Notes under the pieces: generated by a model
Databases searched by the model: none
The model's input: the letters and a program-made list of their open reading frames with translations, nothing else
What the model was told of the DNA's origin: nothing
NCBI RefSeq assembly: GCF_009914755.1
Contig: NC_060931.1
Origin: the human T2T-CHM13v2.0 reference genome, Homo sapiens
Length of the DNA: 64,000 nucleotides
Direction: 5' to 3' (one strand)
Shown here: positions 33,542 to 47,460 of the stretch, one piece after another
How positions within the stretch are numbered: the first letter of the stretch is position 1
How the letters are laid out: every line of letters starts with the position of its first letter
Translations under genes and position numbers: made by a program

Positions 33542-35860
33542 CAGGATATAGTTTTAATAAATGTTTTAATGCTCTTTCTTAATTGATAATTCTAAGATCT
33601 GCATTAGTCTTAGGGTGGTTTCAATTGATTGATTTTTCTCCTCATAATGGATCATATGTTCCTGCTTCTTTGCACACCTATTATTTTTTAATATATGCCA
33701 CACATTTGGATTTTACCATATAGGTGGTAGATAGTACTATATTCCCATAAATATTCTTTTGCTTATGTCTTGGACACAAGTTACTTGGAAACAGTTTAAG
33801 TCTTTCAGGTCTTGCTTTTAAGGCTCATTAGGTGGGACCAGAGCAGCGGTCATTCTAAGGCTAATTATTTCTTACTCCTGAAGCAAGACACTTCTGAGTA
33901 TTCTACCCCTCAATGTCCTGTGAAATAGGAGGTTTTGCATCTGGCTGGTGGGCACATTCCCTATTCCAGGCTCTGGATGAGTACTGGGCAGTGTTTCCCC
34001 TGATCCTTTCTGATGGTTCTCTTCCCAGCTTTTGGTGGTTTCTCACATGCATGAGCTCATCAGTACTCAGCTGAATACTCAAGAGAGACCCTCTAGAGTT
34101 CTCTCTGTGTGCAGCTCCTTCCTCTCCTCTGTGTGCCCTTTGAACTCTAGCTGGCTCAGTCTTTTTGGACTCCTAGCTCTGTTTCCTCAGCTTCAAGTGT
34201 CTGCAAGGCTCAGCCTGGGTTCCCCCTTCTCATGCCAAGACCTGTAAACTCTCTCAAAGCGCTAAGCTGGGTAACTATAGGGTTCAGATCACTTGTTCCT
34301 GTTTCTCAAGGACTGCTGTCTGTAACTGTCTGAGGTCCAGTGTCTCGAAAAACTTTTTTTTTTTTTCCACATATCTTGTCTAGTTTTTCAGTTGGTTCGG
34401 GTAGGAGGAAAAATCTAGTCCCTATTACTACAGCTTTCCAGAAGCAGAAGTCTCATTTAGATCTATGACTTGCAAATATTTTCTATTTTTTTACCCTTAA
34501 CTGTGTAACAAGAGGCAATGGCTAGGTCAAAAATATGCATTCTCAAAATTTTGCTCAAAGTTTCTCAATCTCTCTAGGATTGAGCTATTTTAAAATGTAT
34601 GCCCTCTGATTTTTAGCTTTTAGTTTTGTTTGAGGCTGAATTAAAGAGTGTGGAGTTTATAATGTTTAATTATACAAAATTGAGCCATTACTTTCTCTTG
34701 ACTTTGGCCTCAGGCTGAGGTAGCTGGGGTTTGGGCTGGGTTGGCCACCTCTGAGACTGTCTCCACTTGCTGTCTTTGCTCAGACACATGGACCGTTAAG
34801 GCTCTCAGGCATTGTTGTCTACAGGGAGAAGAATGATGCTGCTCTTGTGAGTGGAACTGTCCTTCAAGGTGAGGTCCAGCAGAGATCTAAGCAGAGGCTG
34901 GGATCATTTCCCTCCCTTGAACTCTTCGTCAGCAGTTGTTCAAGCAAAGGCAAATCCCCTATTTATCACTTAGGTACCAAATACTCAAGCATTGTATCTA
35001 TGGACAATCAACTGTTTCCTCTTAATTCACTTCCCACACACATACCTAATCTCCCAGGACAGACAAGGCTCCTCCCTCTGCTCCTTGTATTCTAAGGAGG
35101 CCACCTTGCAACCCCCTTCCTCCTGAGAGACTTCCTATTAGAGCCTATACTGTGGTATAACTGAAAGCATTTCTCATTAAAGAAGAGAAAAAAAAATCCA
35201 TAATTTAATCTTTAGCATGGTGACACTCTGGTAGCCAACTATTTCCCCCACAATATATAACTTAATATTTACGTAAGAATCTACAGATAGATTTAACATT
35301 TCATGGATGCTCCTGTTTACAAAGTCATAACCTGCCCACACGTGACTTTGCCCTTTCTCTGCATGTCCCAGCCTCTTCTGGTGGCAAGAGGAGTGATCTA
35401 AAACATGAGCACAAACTTGTAGTCATAGAAATAGTCCAGCTGAAGCTAGCAAAGGGTACTTATCCAAACTTTAGTAAAAAGAACAAGAATATGTATATAT
35501 ACACACACACAAATATATAAAATATGGTCTTTCATTATTTTATTAGTGTGGCATTTAAGGCATATGTGTTTCCTTCTGGATTTTCTTTCCCTTAGTAAAG
35601 ATTCATCTCACAACCATATTGTTATTTGGTTTTGAGAGACATTAGTTTCTCTTCCTTCATTTCAGGTTTTATTCTTTGTATCAGGAAACCAGTGATGCAA
35701 TTTTAACTGAACTCTCTGACAATCGAGAAAAAAATGTCCTTGGAATTCCCTCATTTGTTTTTTCTTCCACACAGTGGGCATTTCTGCAGGATCCATGGTG
35801 TGTCAGGCACCTAGAGGGGTTGATCCAAGTCCTGCTGGCTGCGTGTTTTCCCTTTAATAA

Positions 35861-36082
<222 letters not shown>

Positions 36083-36334
36083 TAAATCAAGCCACAATTG
36101 GAAAGGTTGAGAAGGCACAAGCCACCTGCACCCAAGGGGCAGAGGATGATGGAGTCATATTAGACAAGGTGCCGGAAAGTGTGGCCTTCCTTTCCTTTTG
36201 ACTTTTCTAAGCAAGGAAGCTGAGCCTCCTAGAGAGGAGGACCTTGGTAAAGAGGTAAACAGATGCAAAACCTGATGTTGCAACCCTTATCTCCTGACTC
36301 CTAAGGCAATGACAAGAAGAAAATCTCACCTTAA

Positions 36335-37744
<1,410 letters not shown>

Positions 37745-37979
37745 TGAATGCAAGATCTCAGGGCAAACTTTTCTATTTTAAATCATGAATAACATTTGTA
37801 GAGTGCTTTATTGTTTATGATATAGTATCACACATTTCTTCTCGATACTTCCAATCAATCACCTTTAGAAATAAGCAAAGCAAATTTTATCATTAATCAT
37901 CATTTTACAGAAAGGAAAACTAAGGGGTAGAGCCATGCATTCATATGTCTAAGGTTATAAGCATTAATGCATCTGTAAC

Positions 37980-38180
37980 TCATCTCCAGTTCTAGCTGAG
38001 AAGTTGTGTCTTAAATTCGTTTAGCTATATAATCTTGCACAAGCCATTTAATCTTTTTGTAAAATAGGGAGACTATTCATGCACTGACACAGGATTGTTT
38101 TAGGATTAAATAAGAAGAACCCTGTAAAGCACTCAGCCCAGCATGTGGCACATGGAAATCTCTAGGTAATGTTAATTGTG
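37980..38180. mobile_element. MIR fragment
   Basis: 'tcttgcacaagccatttaatc...gtaaaatagggaga...caggattgttttaggattaaataag...gtaaagcactcagcccagcatgtggcacat'. Confidence 0.65.
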
Positions 38181-39284
38181 TGGGTGTGTTACTCTTATAT
38201 GTGTTACTCTTATAATCAATTTTTGTGACTGTTTTACATTGTTCAGGTCTTGAACTTAGAGCTTCCCACGTCAAATAGAGGGGCTTTTGGTCTACCTTTG
38301 CTGAGCCTATTTAAAGGTGGACCCTATAGTTACTGAGGACTAAATGGCTCCAGCCTTCTCTAGCCCTTGATTAATCAGTAATTGTTTAATGAGCCCTTCC
38401 AGTACCTCCTTTTTAGTAAGTTTTTAAGGTAAGAAATGATCTAGGCTTTCAGGGCCAGCCATTGATTAAAAAATTAAGACTATTGCACATAAAACCACTT
38501 GTATAGAGAGTTGAAAAGGTGAAGGGGCTGGCACAGAGAATATAGGTTGCAGCTATTCAGAGCGGGGTGAAGTGGAACCACGATTTACTGAGCACCTTCT
38601 GTTTAGTGCCTGCTGAGTTACCTTCCCATTCTCTTAATTCCACAAATATTTAGTGAGTGTCTATGCTGACCATTTTCTGTTATGTCATTTAACCTTCATT
38701 TTAATCCATTCCATAAATATTTGTTGGGCTCCTAATATATGCCAGGTCCTTCCTCCTTTATAGACAAGGAAACTAGAACTGAGAGAGTTTAAATAATTAT
38801 CTCAATGCCTCCTAATGACTAAGTGGGAAGTCCAAATTCAGATTCAATTTGGGTAACAGTAAATTGCTTGACATTACAGTATAAGCAAAGAAGTGTCCGA
38901 CTTTAAAATATCTAAATCTATGTAAGTGTAGAATTAACATTAGAAAGTGATTATTTGAAAGATAAAGCAAATTACTACTTGGCCTTTCAATGTATAGAAA
39001 TCACATTACATAAATGTGATGTAAAGAGAGTGATTACAGGAAAGTTTAAATAATTTATCAGATCATTTTTTAATTGCAAGACTCCCAGGCATTTGGAATA
39101 TTTTTATATGAACCTAATATTAGTGAGAGTTGAACAGGTAAGAGAAAGCTTCATTTAGGCATAGTGATCAGTTCTAGGTATATTTTCCAAAAGTTCAGTG
39201 GAAGAAAAGAACAAAACCTAATGTATGCTGGGTGGTTCTTGAGTATCAAAAGACTTTGGTTCAAATCCTGGGTAACAGTAGGGT

Positions 39285-39345
39285 CGTCATCACCATAACC
39301 ATCACCACCACCACCCACCACCACCATCATCATTATTTACATCAT
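39285..39345. repeat. Imperfect (CAC/CAT)n microsatellite
   Basis: catcaccataaccatcaccaccaccacccaccaccaccatcatcattatt. Confidence 0.8.
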
Positions 39346-39373
39346 TTGTTGAGGGGATTTTAAATGCCCTAAG

Positions 39374-39603
39374 TAAATGGTTTTCAACTGGGGATAATTT
39401 CCCACCCCTGAACTCCCAGATGACATTTCGTGATGTTTGGAGACATTTTTAGTTGTCACAACGGGAGGGGGGTGGTTGCTACTGGCAACAAGTGGGTAGA
39501 GGCCAGGAATGCTGCAAAACATCCTAAAATACAGAGAACAGCCACCACAACAATGAATTCTTTGGCCCAAAATGTCAGTAGTGTCAAGGCTGTAAAACTC
39601 AGC
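39374..39603 (+). mobile_element. MER20 (hAT-Charlie DNA transposon relic)
   Basis: 'tggttttcaactgggga...tggagacatttttagttgtcacaac...gggtagaggccaggaatgctgc...ggcccaaaatgtcagtagtg'. Confidence 0.88.
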
Positions 39604-41074
39604 TCTAAGAGAATAAACATTTACCCGATCACATAGTTTGTAAGGGGAAAATGTTAGGGATGAAAGATAGCTGGAGAAGGTGACATTTTGAGAGGCCATA
39701 TGGGGGAAAATATTAAATCCTAGAATTAGGTACTCCAGTTTTCACAAAGAAAGGCTGGTTGTTGGTCTAACATAGGAATGCACATCCCGAAAAAAGATTA
39801 TTTTTCTAATTTACGTTTAAGACAAGCATTACAAAGATTTTAAGTCATATTTAGTTGTCTATTTTGTTAAAAATAACAAAATTGTGTTCAAAACTCCAGG
39901 AGAAATGGTTTTTCTAGACCTGTTTAATCCATCAGGCAAACCACAGCACCCAGAGAGCATGACTGGTCAGTAGCACAGCCCAGTAAGACCATTAATGTAA
40001 AAGGTTTGAGAGTCTGTGAGGTACTAGGGGTGTCCTGATGAATTTGCAGGAGCATGGTTCTGGGGATTGAAAGTGTGAGTGGGCCTCCAGCACCTGGGAG
40101 CAGATTCGCAGGTAGAAGGATTGCAGCTTCTCCGAGGAAGGTAGGCTGGAAAGAGTAAGAGGTGGCCCTGGGGAAAAAGGCACAGGAACCCAGAGCCAGA
40201 TTCCTCATGGTAAGGACATTATTCAGAATAGGAGCAGAAGATTAAACCTGGGCCAGCTCCAGGGTGACCAAGTGTGGACCCGAGCTCTTCTTATTCCTCC
40301 TTCCTAGTGTCAAAAGAGGGCTTTGGGCATGAGTAGCCCCAGCTGTGTGGAGAGATTTGGCAGCTGGAAATAGATGTTCCTCCTGATTTGACACTTTGTC
40401 ATATCAGCACTCCTGCAGAAAACAGGGAGGTTTTGTGGCCCATTATGCTCAGTAACTGTCCTCAGACGTGGGTAGATTTTAAACAAGTAGGAGTTTGAAT
40501 GGGTGTGAGGGCCACCATCCGAAAGCTTCTAATGCCTTGTCTCCTATTGCCTTCACCTTCTTTCCTCTTAGAATTTGCAATTATACAAAAAAAGGTACTT
40601 TTATATCCAGTTGATTTGACATCATACACCTGCTGAAATGGATGCTATATAAGGTTTTACCAGATGACAATGAATTTCCCTTTATTTACATCCAAAGAAA
40701 TAGAAAAAAATACACTCAAAGAAAACAATTCAAACATACACACATATACGTGTGCATATTTATACTCCTATGCAGGCATACATATGCGCACAGGCGCATG
40801 TGCTGGAAAGCAAGTGGAAATAAGAGACTGCATTCCTCCATGACAGGAGACCGCTTAAAGACATTTAAAGCACAAAGAGAACAAGTTAGTGCATGCAGCA
40901 ACATCTACTAAGAGTGAGCCTGGGTTTGTAAGGCCTGAAAAATGTTCTGAAGAAAATTGGCTTTAAATTAGATGCCAAGTGCTAGACAGGGCTAGAAAAA
41001 ATATTTACGAAAATATTAACAGGACATAGCTCTTGGACCAAGTGAAGATTATAAGCAGAGATGGACATCTCTTA

Positions 41075-41529
<455 letters not shown>

Positions 41530-43539
41530 CTAATATAGCAATATATAACACTGCAGATAAACATTTGACTAATTGATAAATGCCATTTTTGTGGCCTTTT
41601 TGGGTTGTCTAGGGTAATGATTTGTTGATATAATTAAATTTTCACATATAAGTGAGTTATTTGCAATAATTTGTTAATTCAAAAAAATGGTTTGTTGGTA
41701 TAACTAAATTGTTATATATAGGTAAATTCTTCAGGATAATTTGTTAATTTTAAAAAGTGTTAATTCAAAAAAAATTCCAGAAAAGAAAATGAGATCTATC
41801 AGAAATAAGATTTCTGAATATTAGAAGTGCTTCCATATTGTTTATGATTTAGTTTTAGAGAAAAGTAAAAGTACACAAATAAGAAAAAGTAATATGAGCA
41901 TATTCAAAGTGAAAATTCATTGTCTTTTGGTGATGGTGCTCTTACCATTGAAGTTAAAGTTTGTTTCAATGGGTTTGGGTCAGTAGAGCAGAACTTGCAT
42001 TTGGTATTTGGGTTATAATCAAGCCTTTATATTGTAAGAAAAAGAAGAAGAAGAAAAAGAAGAAATGTTCAAAACACTCTATTTTTGAGAGTTTTTATTT
42101 ATTTTTTTTCTCACCTACAGTTTTCTTTATTATGAAATCATTTCTATACTTATTCTAGGGCTAAAATGTGTTTTTCCATGTTTCCAAATAACCAGAAGAT
42201 GGCAGCGTTTCAGAATCTTCCACATCCCTCCACCATTCTCAGAGAGCAAACACTCCATCAGTTATTCCCAAACCAAAACACCCCAGTCTTATACCTTTCA
42301 ATCACAAAAGGCTACCCCAAAATAACTACATGAGCATAAAATTCAATGTTTATGATGTTCAGCCTATTTGAGCACTACACTTCCATGATCCTGGCGTCAC
42401 TGTCCCCAGAACTTTGAAGTGAATTTGAACCAGTTGGGAAGTCTTGGTTACCTGATGGGAAGCTACTAGAACCACTCAAACAGCTCGCTGCTAAGGGACA
42501 AGCAACTTATCCTTGTGTTCAGCTATACTGTGGTCCCTGCTGTGACTCAGATCTTAGAAGAAAAGAAATGAAACAAGAGATGGGTTCGAAATCTTACTGC
42601 CATTTTTTGACCACAGACAAGTTAACTAGCCATTCTATGTCAGAACACGTATCTATAACAGATGCCCTTCATGGTCTACAAGATCTTTTCTGGTCTTAAG
42701 AGCCATAATCTAGCATTCCTGCCAACATCAGTATCACTTCAGAGATTCCCTAAGTGTTTCAAATTCACTCACATTGATGCAAGAGTAATTGCAAAATTGC
42801 AAAATTGATGCAAGAGCTTTACTATGCAAAATACGTTATTCAGTATAAAAGCGAGAGGATAGAATCAAAACCAAACTCCAAAACCAAAATATGGAGAGTT
42901 TTCAATATAAAAACATTACTCTTAGGAAAGTATTTCCATTATGACAATTCTGGTAAAAATAGCCATCCGGCTGCCAGGATGTTGGCCATGTAGTTTAGAG
43001 AGGAAGGGTAAGAAATCTCAGACTTCCTAGAAACAGGGCTAGAGGAGTCCACCTAGCTGTAAAGTTGGTCTCCATGGAAGGAGGAAGAAGAGAAGCTTCA
43101 AAACAGCCAGCCTGCAAGATCAGTTTCCTTTAAAGCACACCACAGAAGCCCCACAGCATGCTCTCTGTTCCCAGCTCACTGGCCATTGTCTCTACAAGGA
43201 ATGCTGGGAAATGTAATTTTTTAGCTAGACACATGGATGCCTCTAAAGTATTCTTGTTAACAAGAATAAAGGAGAGAAAGATTGTGAGTAGTCAACTAGC
43301 AGCCTCTGCTACACTGATTTTGGGAAGGGGTCCAAGCCTGTGGGTCTGATAGAGATGGCTTTAGGGCCTAACAAGCATTAATATTACTCAAAGTCAAATG
43401 GTTAGTGGCCCTGGAGTTCTGGGTCATGGATTTCAAAGCATGATCCAACCCAGTATGCAAAACAAAGGGGATAGCTGGTAAGAACTCAGCAAGTCATCAG
43501 AGTGCCGGCAAATGGACTGGGCTTGGAGGTGCCAAAGGT

Positions 43540-44110
43540 AAATAGCTTTAGTTAAAGCCATGAAAACAGATTGTGTTCAGCAACTACTGACAGCAGGGGA
43601 AAGAGCTGAGCTCCACTCCAATTTGTGCAGAGGTGATTTGGGCATTCTAAAGAGAGAATAAGGGAGGGTGAAGAGTAGGGGCTCAGTAGAGTCAGAAAAG
43701 TGAAAAATCACAAAGAATTGGTCCATGTCAATGCCATTAGACCAACTGTGTTTGTGAGCCAGCAGTAACTGAAGTTAGGATTCTGCCCTCCTAGAGACCG
43801 GGGACAGAGGCCCAAACCTTCTAGATGATTACATTTCAAAGGAGTGGCTCTCAGGTCCTTGAGAGAGACACTTGTGAGTTGTAAGAAATACATATTTACA
43901 ATTATAATCAACATTTAATAAATACTCTTAGAAAGGGCCTATGTCAGGTGTTGGCGAAAGCAAACAGTAAATTTTCCTGGCAGCCTTTAGATTTCTCAGT
44001 CAGGCTTTTTATTGGGGGATGGGGAGGTTAAGGTCATCCCAGGGACACAGCCTTGTGCTGCTGGGAGGCAGACTGGAGGGTGGTCAAGTCTGTTAGTGGA
44101 GAGTTCCAAA
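43540..44110. mobile_element. Probable ERV1-class LTR (MER34/MER39-like)
   Basis: 'ggagtggctctcaggtccttgagagagacac...gagttgtaagaaatacatatttaca', 'gctgagctccactcc'. Family and ends uncertain. Confidence 0.5.
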
Positions 44111-44740
44111 GTTCTCAGGAGCTGCAGGAATATATTTAAATGAGAAAACCAAGGCAAAGGCACAGCCTGAGAGAGAAAGTAAGAGTTAAACGATGACTAC
44201 ATCAGGAGCAATGGGAAGGATTAAAAGCGTAGACAAAGTTCAATTCTAGATTCCAACTCCTGGAGATGACAGGATGCCTAACCTTTGCCTGCCTTCCTCA
44301 GGGTGGGCTTGTTAGGTGGATGAAGCTGATCCTGCAGATTCCAACCTCCAGGACTGTGACTAAGCAGGACTAAGACTAATAAACATTATTCTAAGCAGAT
44401 TTTCTTTAATCAAACACATACCAGCTGAACAGATGTGTTCAATGTTATTGATACTCAGAGTGAGGCAGTACCCAGCAACAAAGTTAAACAAGATTAAACA
44501 GACTCAATTTCTCACAAACCCTTACTCTGGCACTTCCCCTCCTCTCTTCTACCTACATCCTTGCATCCCTATGTCACCTAGGCCTCCAGACTGCCTTCCA
44601 GCCTCTGGGACACAATGATTGTCACCCAAAGGCCACCCAACAACAGCTGCCCTTCTGTTGCAGATGAGCACTGTCACTAGTTGTTTTGTGAACCCAAATA
44701 TTGGGCTCTTCCTATTCCCTCCCCCTTATATTAGCAGTAG

Positions 44741-44980
<240 letters not shown>

Positions 44981-45339
44981 TAATTACCTAAGGGAGCCAT
45001 AAAAGTAAGTACCAGCCCACACACCTGGAGCAAGGAAGATAATCAGGGCAGAACAGAGGAGCACCCTGGAGCAGAGCTAATGAGAAACCGGCCAGCTTTT
45101 CCTTTGCTTTCTTGGTCTTGTTCTTGCTTTCTCAGTGGGAGTCTGTGAGAGCCATTTGCTAGATAGCAATACTTATTCTTGGAGAAGGTCAAAAGACAGG
45201 CAGTCAGGGGCATTGACAGCAGGATGTCTTTAATCAATGGGATGGGGCTCATGCAAATGCAAATGTGGGAGTTATGAGAGTTTTGAAAATCTGCATTGGG
45301 GCTGGGGATGGAGATCAGGTTTAACTGTAAAGGGAGAGG

Positions 45340-45480
45340 CATACGGGTTTTTCTTGGGGAAATAGAAGTGTTTTAAAACTGAATAGTGGTGATGATTACA
45401 CAATTTGGTAAATTTATTAAAAATTATTAAATTGTGCTCTTAAAATAGGGGAACTATATTATACTGCAATAAAGTTGTTT
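45340..45480 (+). mobile_element. L1M 3'-end fragment in an ITPRID1 intron
   Basis: 'gggtttttcttgggg...ttttaaaactgaatagtggtgatgattacacaatttgg...caataaagttg'. Confidence 0.7.
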
Positions 45481-45580
45481 TTTTTTTTTAAAGAAGACAA
45501 CCTTAGTAATGTCTCCAGCTGACACAAATAAAGATGACATTCTCTTTTAAGAAATTGCAAAGGAAGAACCTATATTATGA

Positions 45581-45784
<204 letters not shown>

Positions 45785-46227
45785 TGACTATACCCAGCCT
45801 ACCACAGGAGAGGTGCATTAAATGAGAAACTTGATTGTGCAATCATTTCAGAATCTAGGTTTACATGCCAACACCTTCATTTTAAGTATACAGAGAAGTA
45901 CTTTGGTTTGCTCAAGGGTACACAGCCAGCTGATGGTGATTCTGTATCAGAATTCAGTTCACCTGTCATACCAATCTTCCCCTTGCCCTGTACATCATAG
46001 AGAAGTCCTATTAGCCCATTTTCCAAATAAGAATAAGAATCACAGGCACAGTGAAGCTCATCTTTGTAGCCAATATAAGCTAAGTCACTATCAGAATCTG
46101 CTGCTGGCTCAAAGAGCCCATTCTAGAGAATCGACCACCTCATAATGCCTAGCTCACAAGTTTGAGTAAGCTGTTTGGTGCCAATGTGATGTGCTGTTTA
46201 CTCTTTTTCCTCTTGTTTTCCTTTTAG

Positions 46228-46539
<312 letters not shown>

Positions 46540-46828
46540 ATCAGAGCAGGTTTGTTAACCTTCATACAAAATATAAAGGCCCAGAACAGATGTAGCAAGG
46601 AAATTTCAATTTTCCCCAAGGAGAAGGGTCTGCCAACCCATTGTCAGCTATATCTCTCATATTCTACCCTTTGGTTAAACCCAAGAGGAGTTTAGAATAC
46701 TCTAATACTCATTCAGTATAGAATAACTGAGCACCTAGTATGTGCCTGGCACAGAGTATGCAACAGTGACTAAATAGTATACGGTCTCTGCCCTGCTAGA
46801 ACTTACAGTGTAGTGGGGGAGATAGAAT

Positions 46829-47460
46829 TGCAAACAAAAAGTATCTGAGACAGACCTCAGTCAATATAGAAGTTTATTTTGCCAAGGTTAAGGATACACA
46901 CCCAGAAGACAGGTCTGTGCCTTTCTCCAAAGATGATTTTGAGGCCTTCAACATTTAGTGGGGAAAGGGTGCTAATGGGGAAAGAGGTGTGGGTACATAG
47001 GAGGCAAACAGTTGCATTTTTTTGAGTCTGATCAGCTTTTCTCATGAGAGAAGGGGTAGAGGAACAGTCACTTATGCATTCACCTAGCTCAGTGGATCTG
47101 CACTTTTACAGAAGGTAAAATAAACATAGGGCAGAGGAAGCAATCAGATATGCATTTGTCTCGGGGGAGCAGAGGGATGGCTTTGAGTTCTGTTCTTTGT
47201 CCTGTACCTATTAAGAGAAGCTATCAATATACTTTGTCAGGATAAAATTCAACAGAACTGTTTTAGACTAAAGATTTTAGGGACCACAAGGAATTTCCCA
47301 GTGGGCAAATTGTGAGGGAGGTATTTAGCTTTTAAAAAAATCTTTGTAGCTATCTCATTTAGAAATAAAATGGGAGGCAGATTGCCTGATGCAGCTCCTA
47401 ACTTGACTTTTCCCTTTTACTTCATAATTTTGGGGTCCTGAGGTTTATTTTCCTTTCACA
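46829..47460 (-). mobile_element. MER4-family (MER4A-like) ERV1 solo LTR inserted in an L2, in the presumptive ITPRID1 3'UTR
   Basis: TG...CA termini and 4-bp TSD gaat (46825-46828 and 47461-47464). Minus strand begins TGTGAAAGGAAAATAAACCTCAGGACCCCAAAA. Confidence 0.9.
47364..47369 (+). terminator. Candidate poly(A) signal AATAAA for ITPRID1 (a second candidate at 47119-47124)
   Basis: These are the first canonical AATAAA hexamers I saw after the stop codon. Both lie inside the antisense MER4-type LTR. Usage is not shown by the sequence. Confidence 0.35.
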
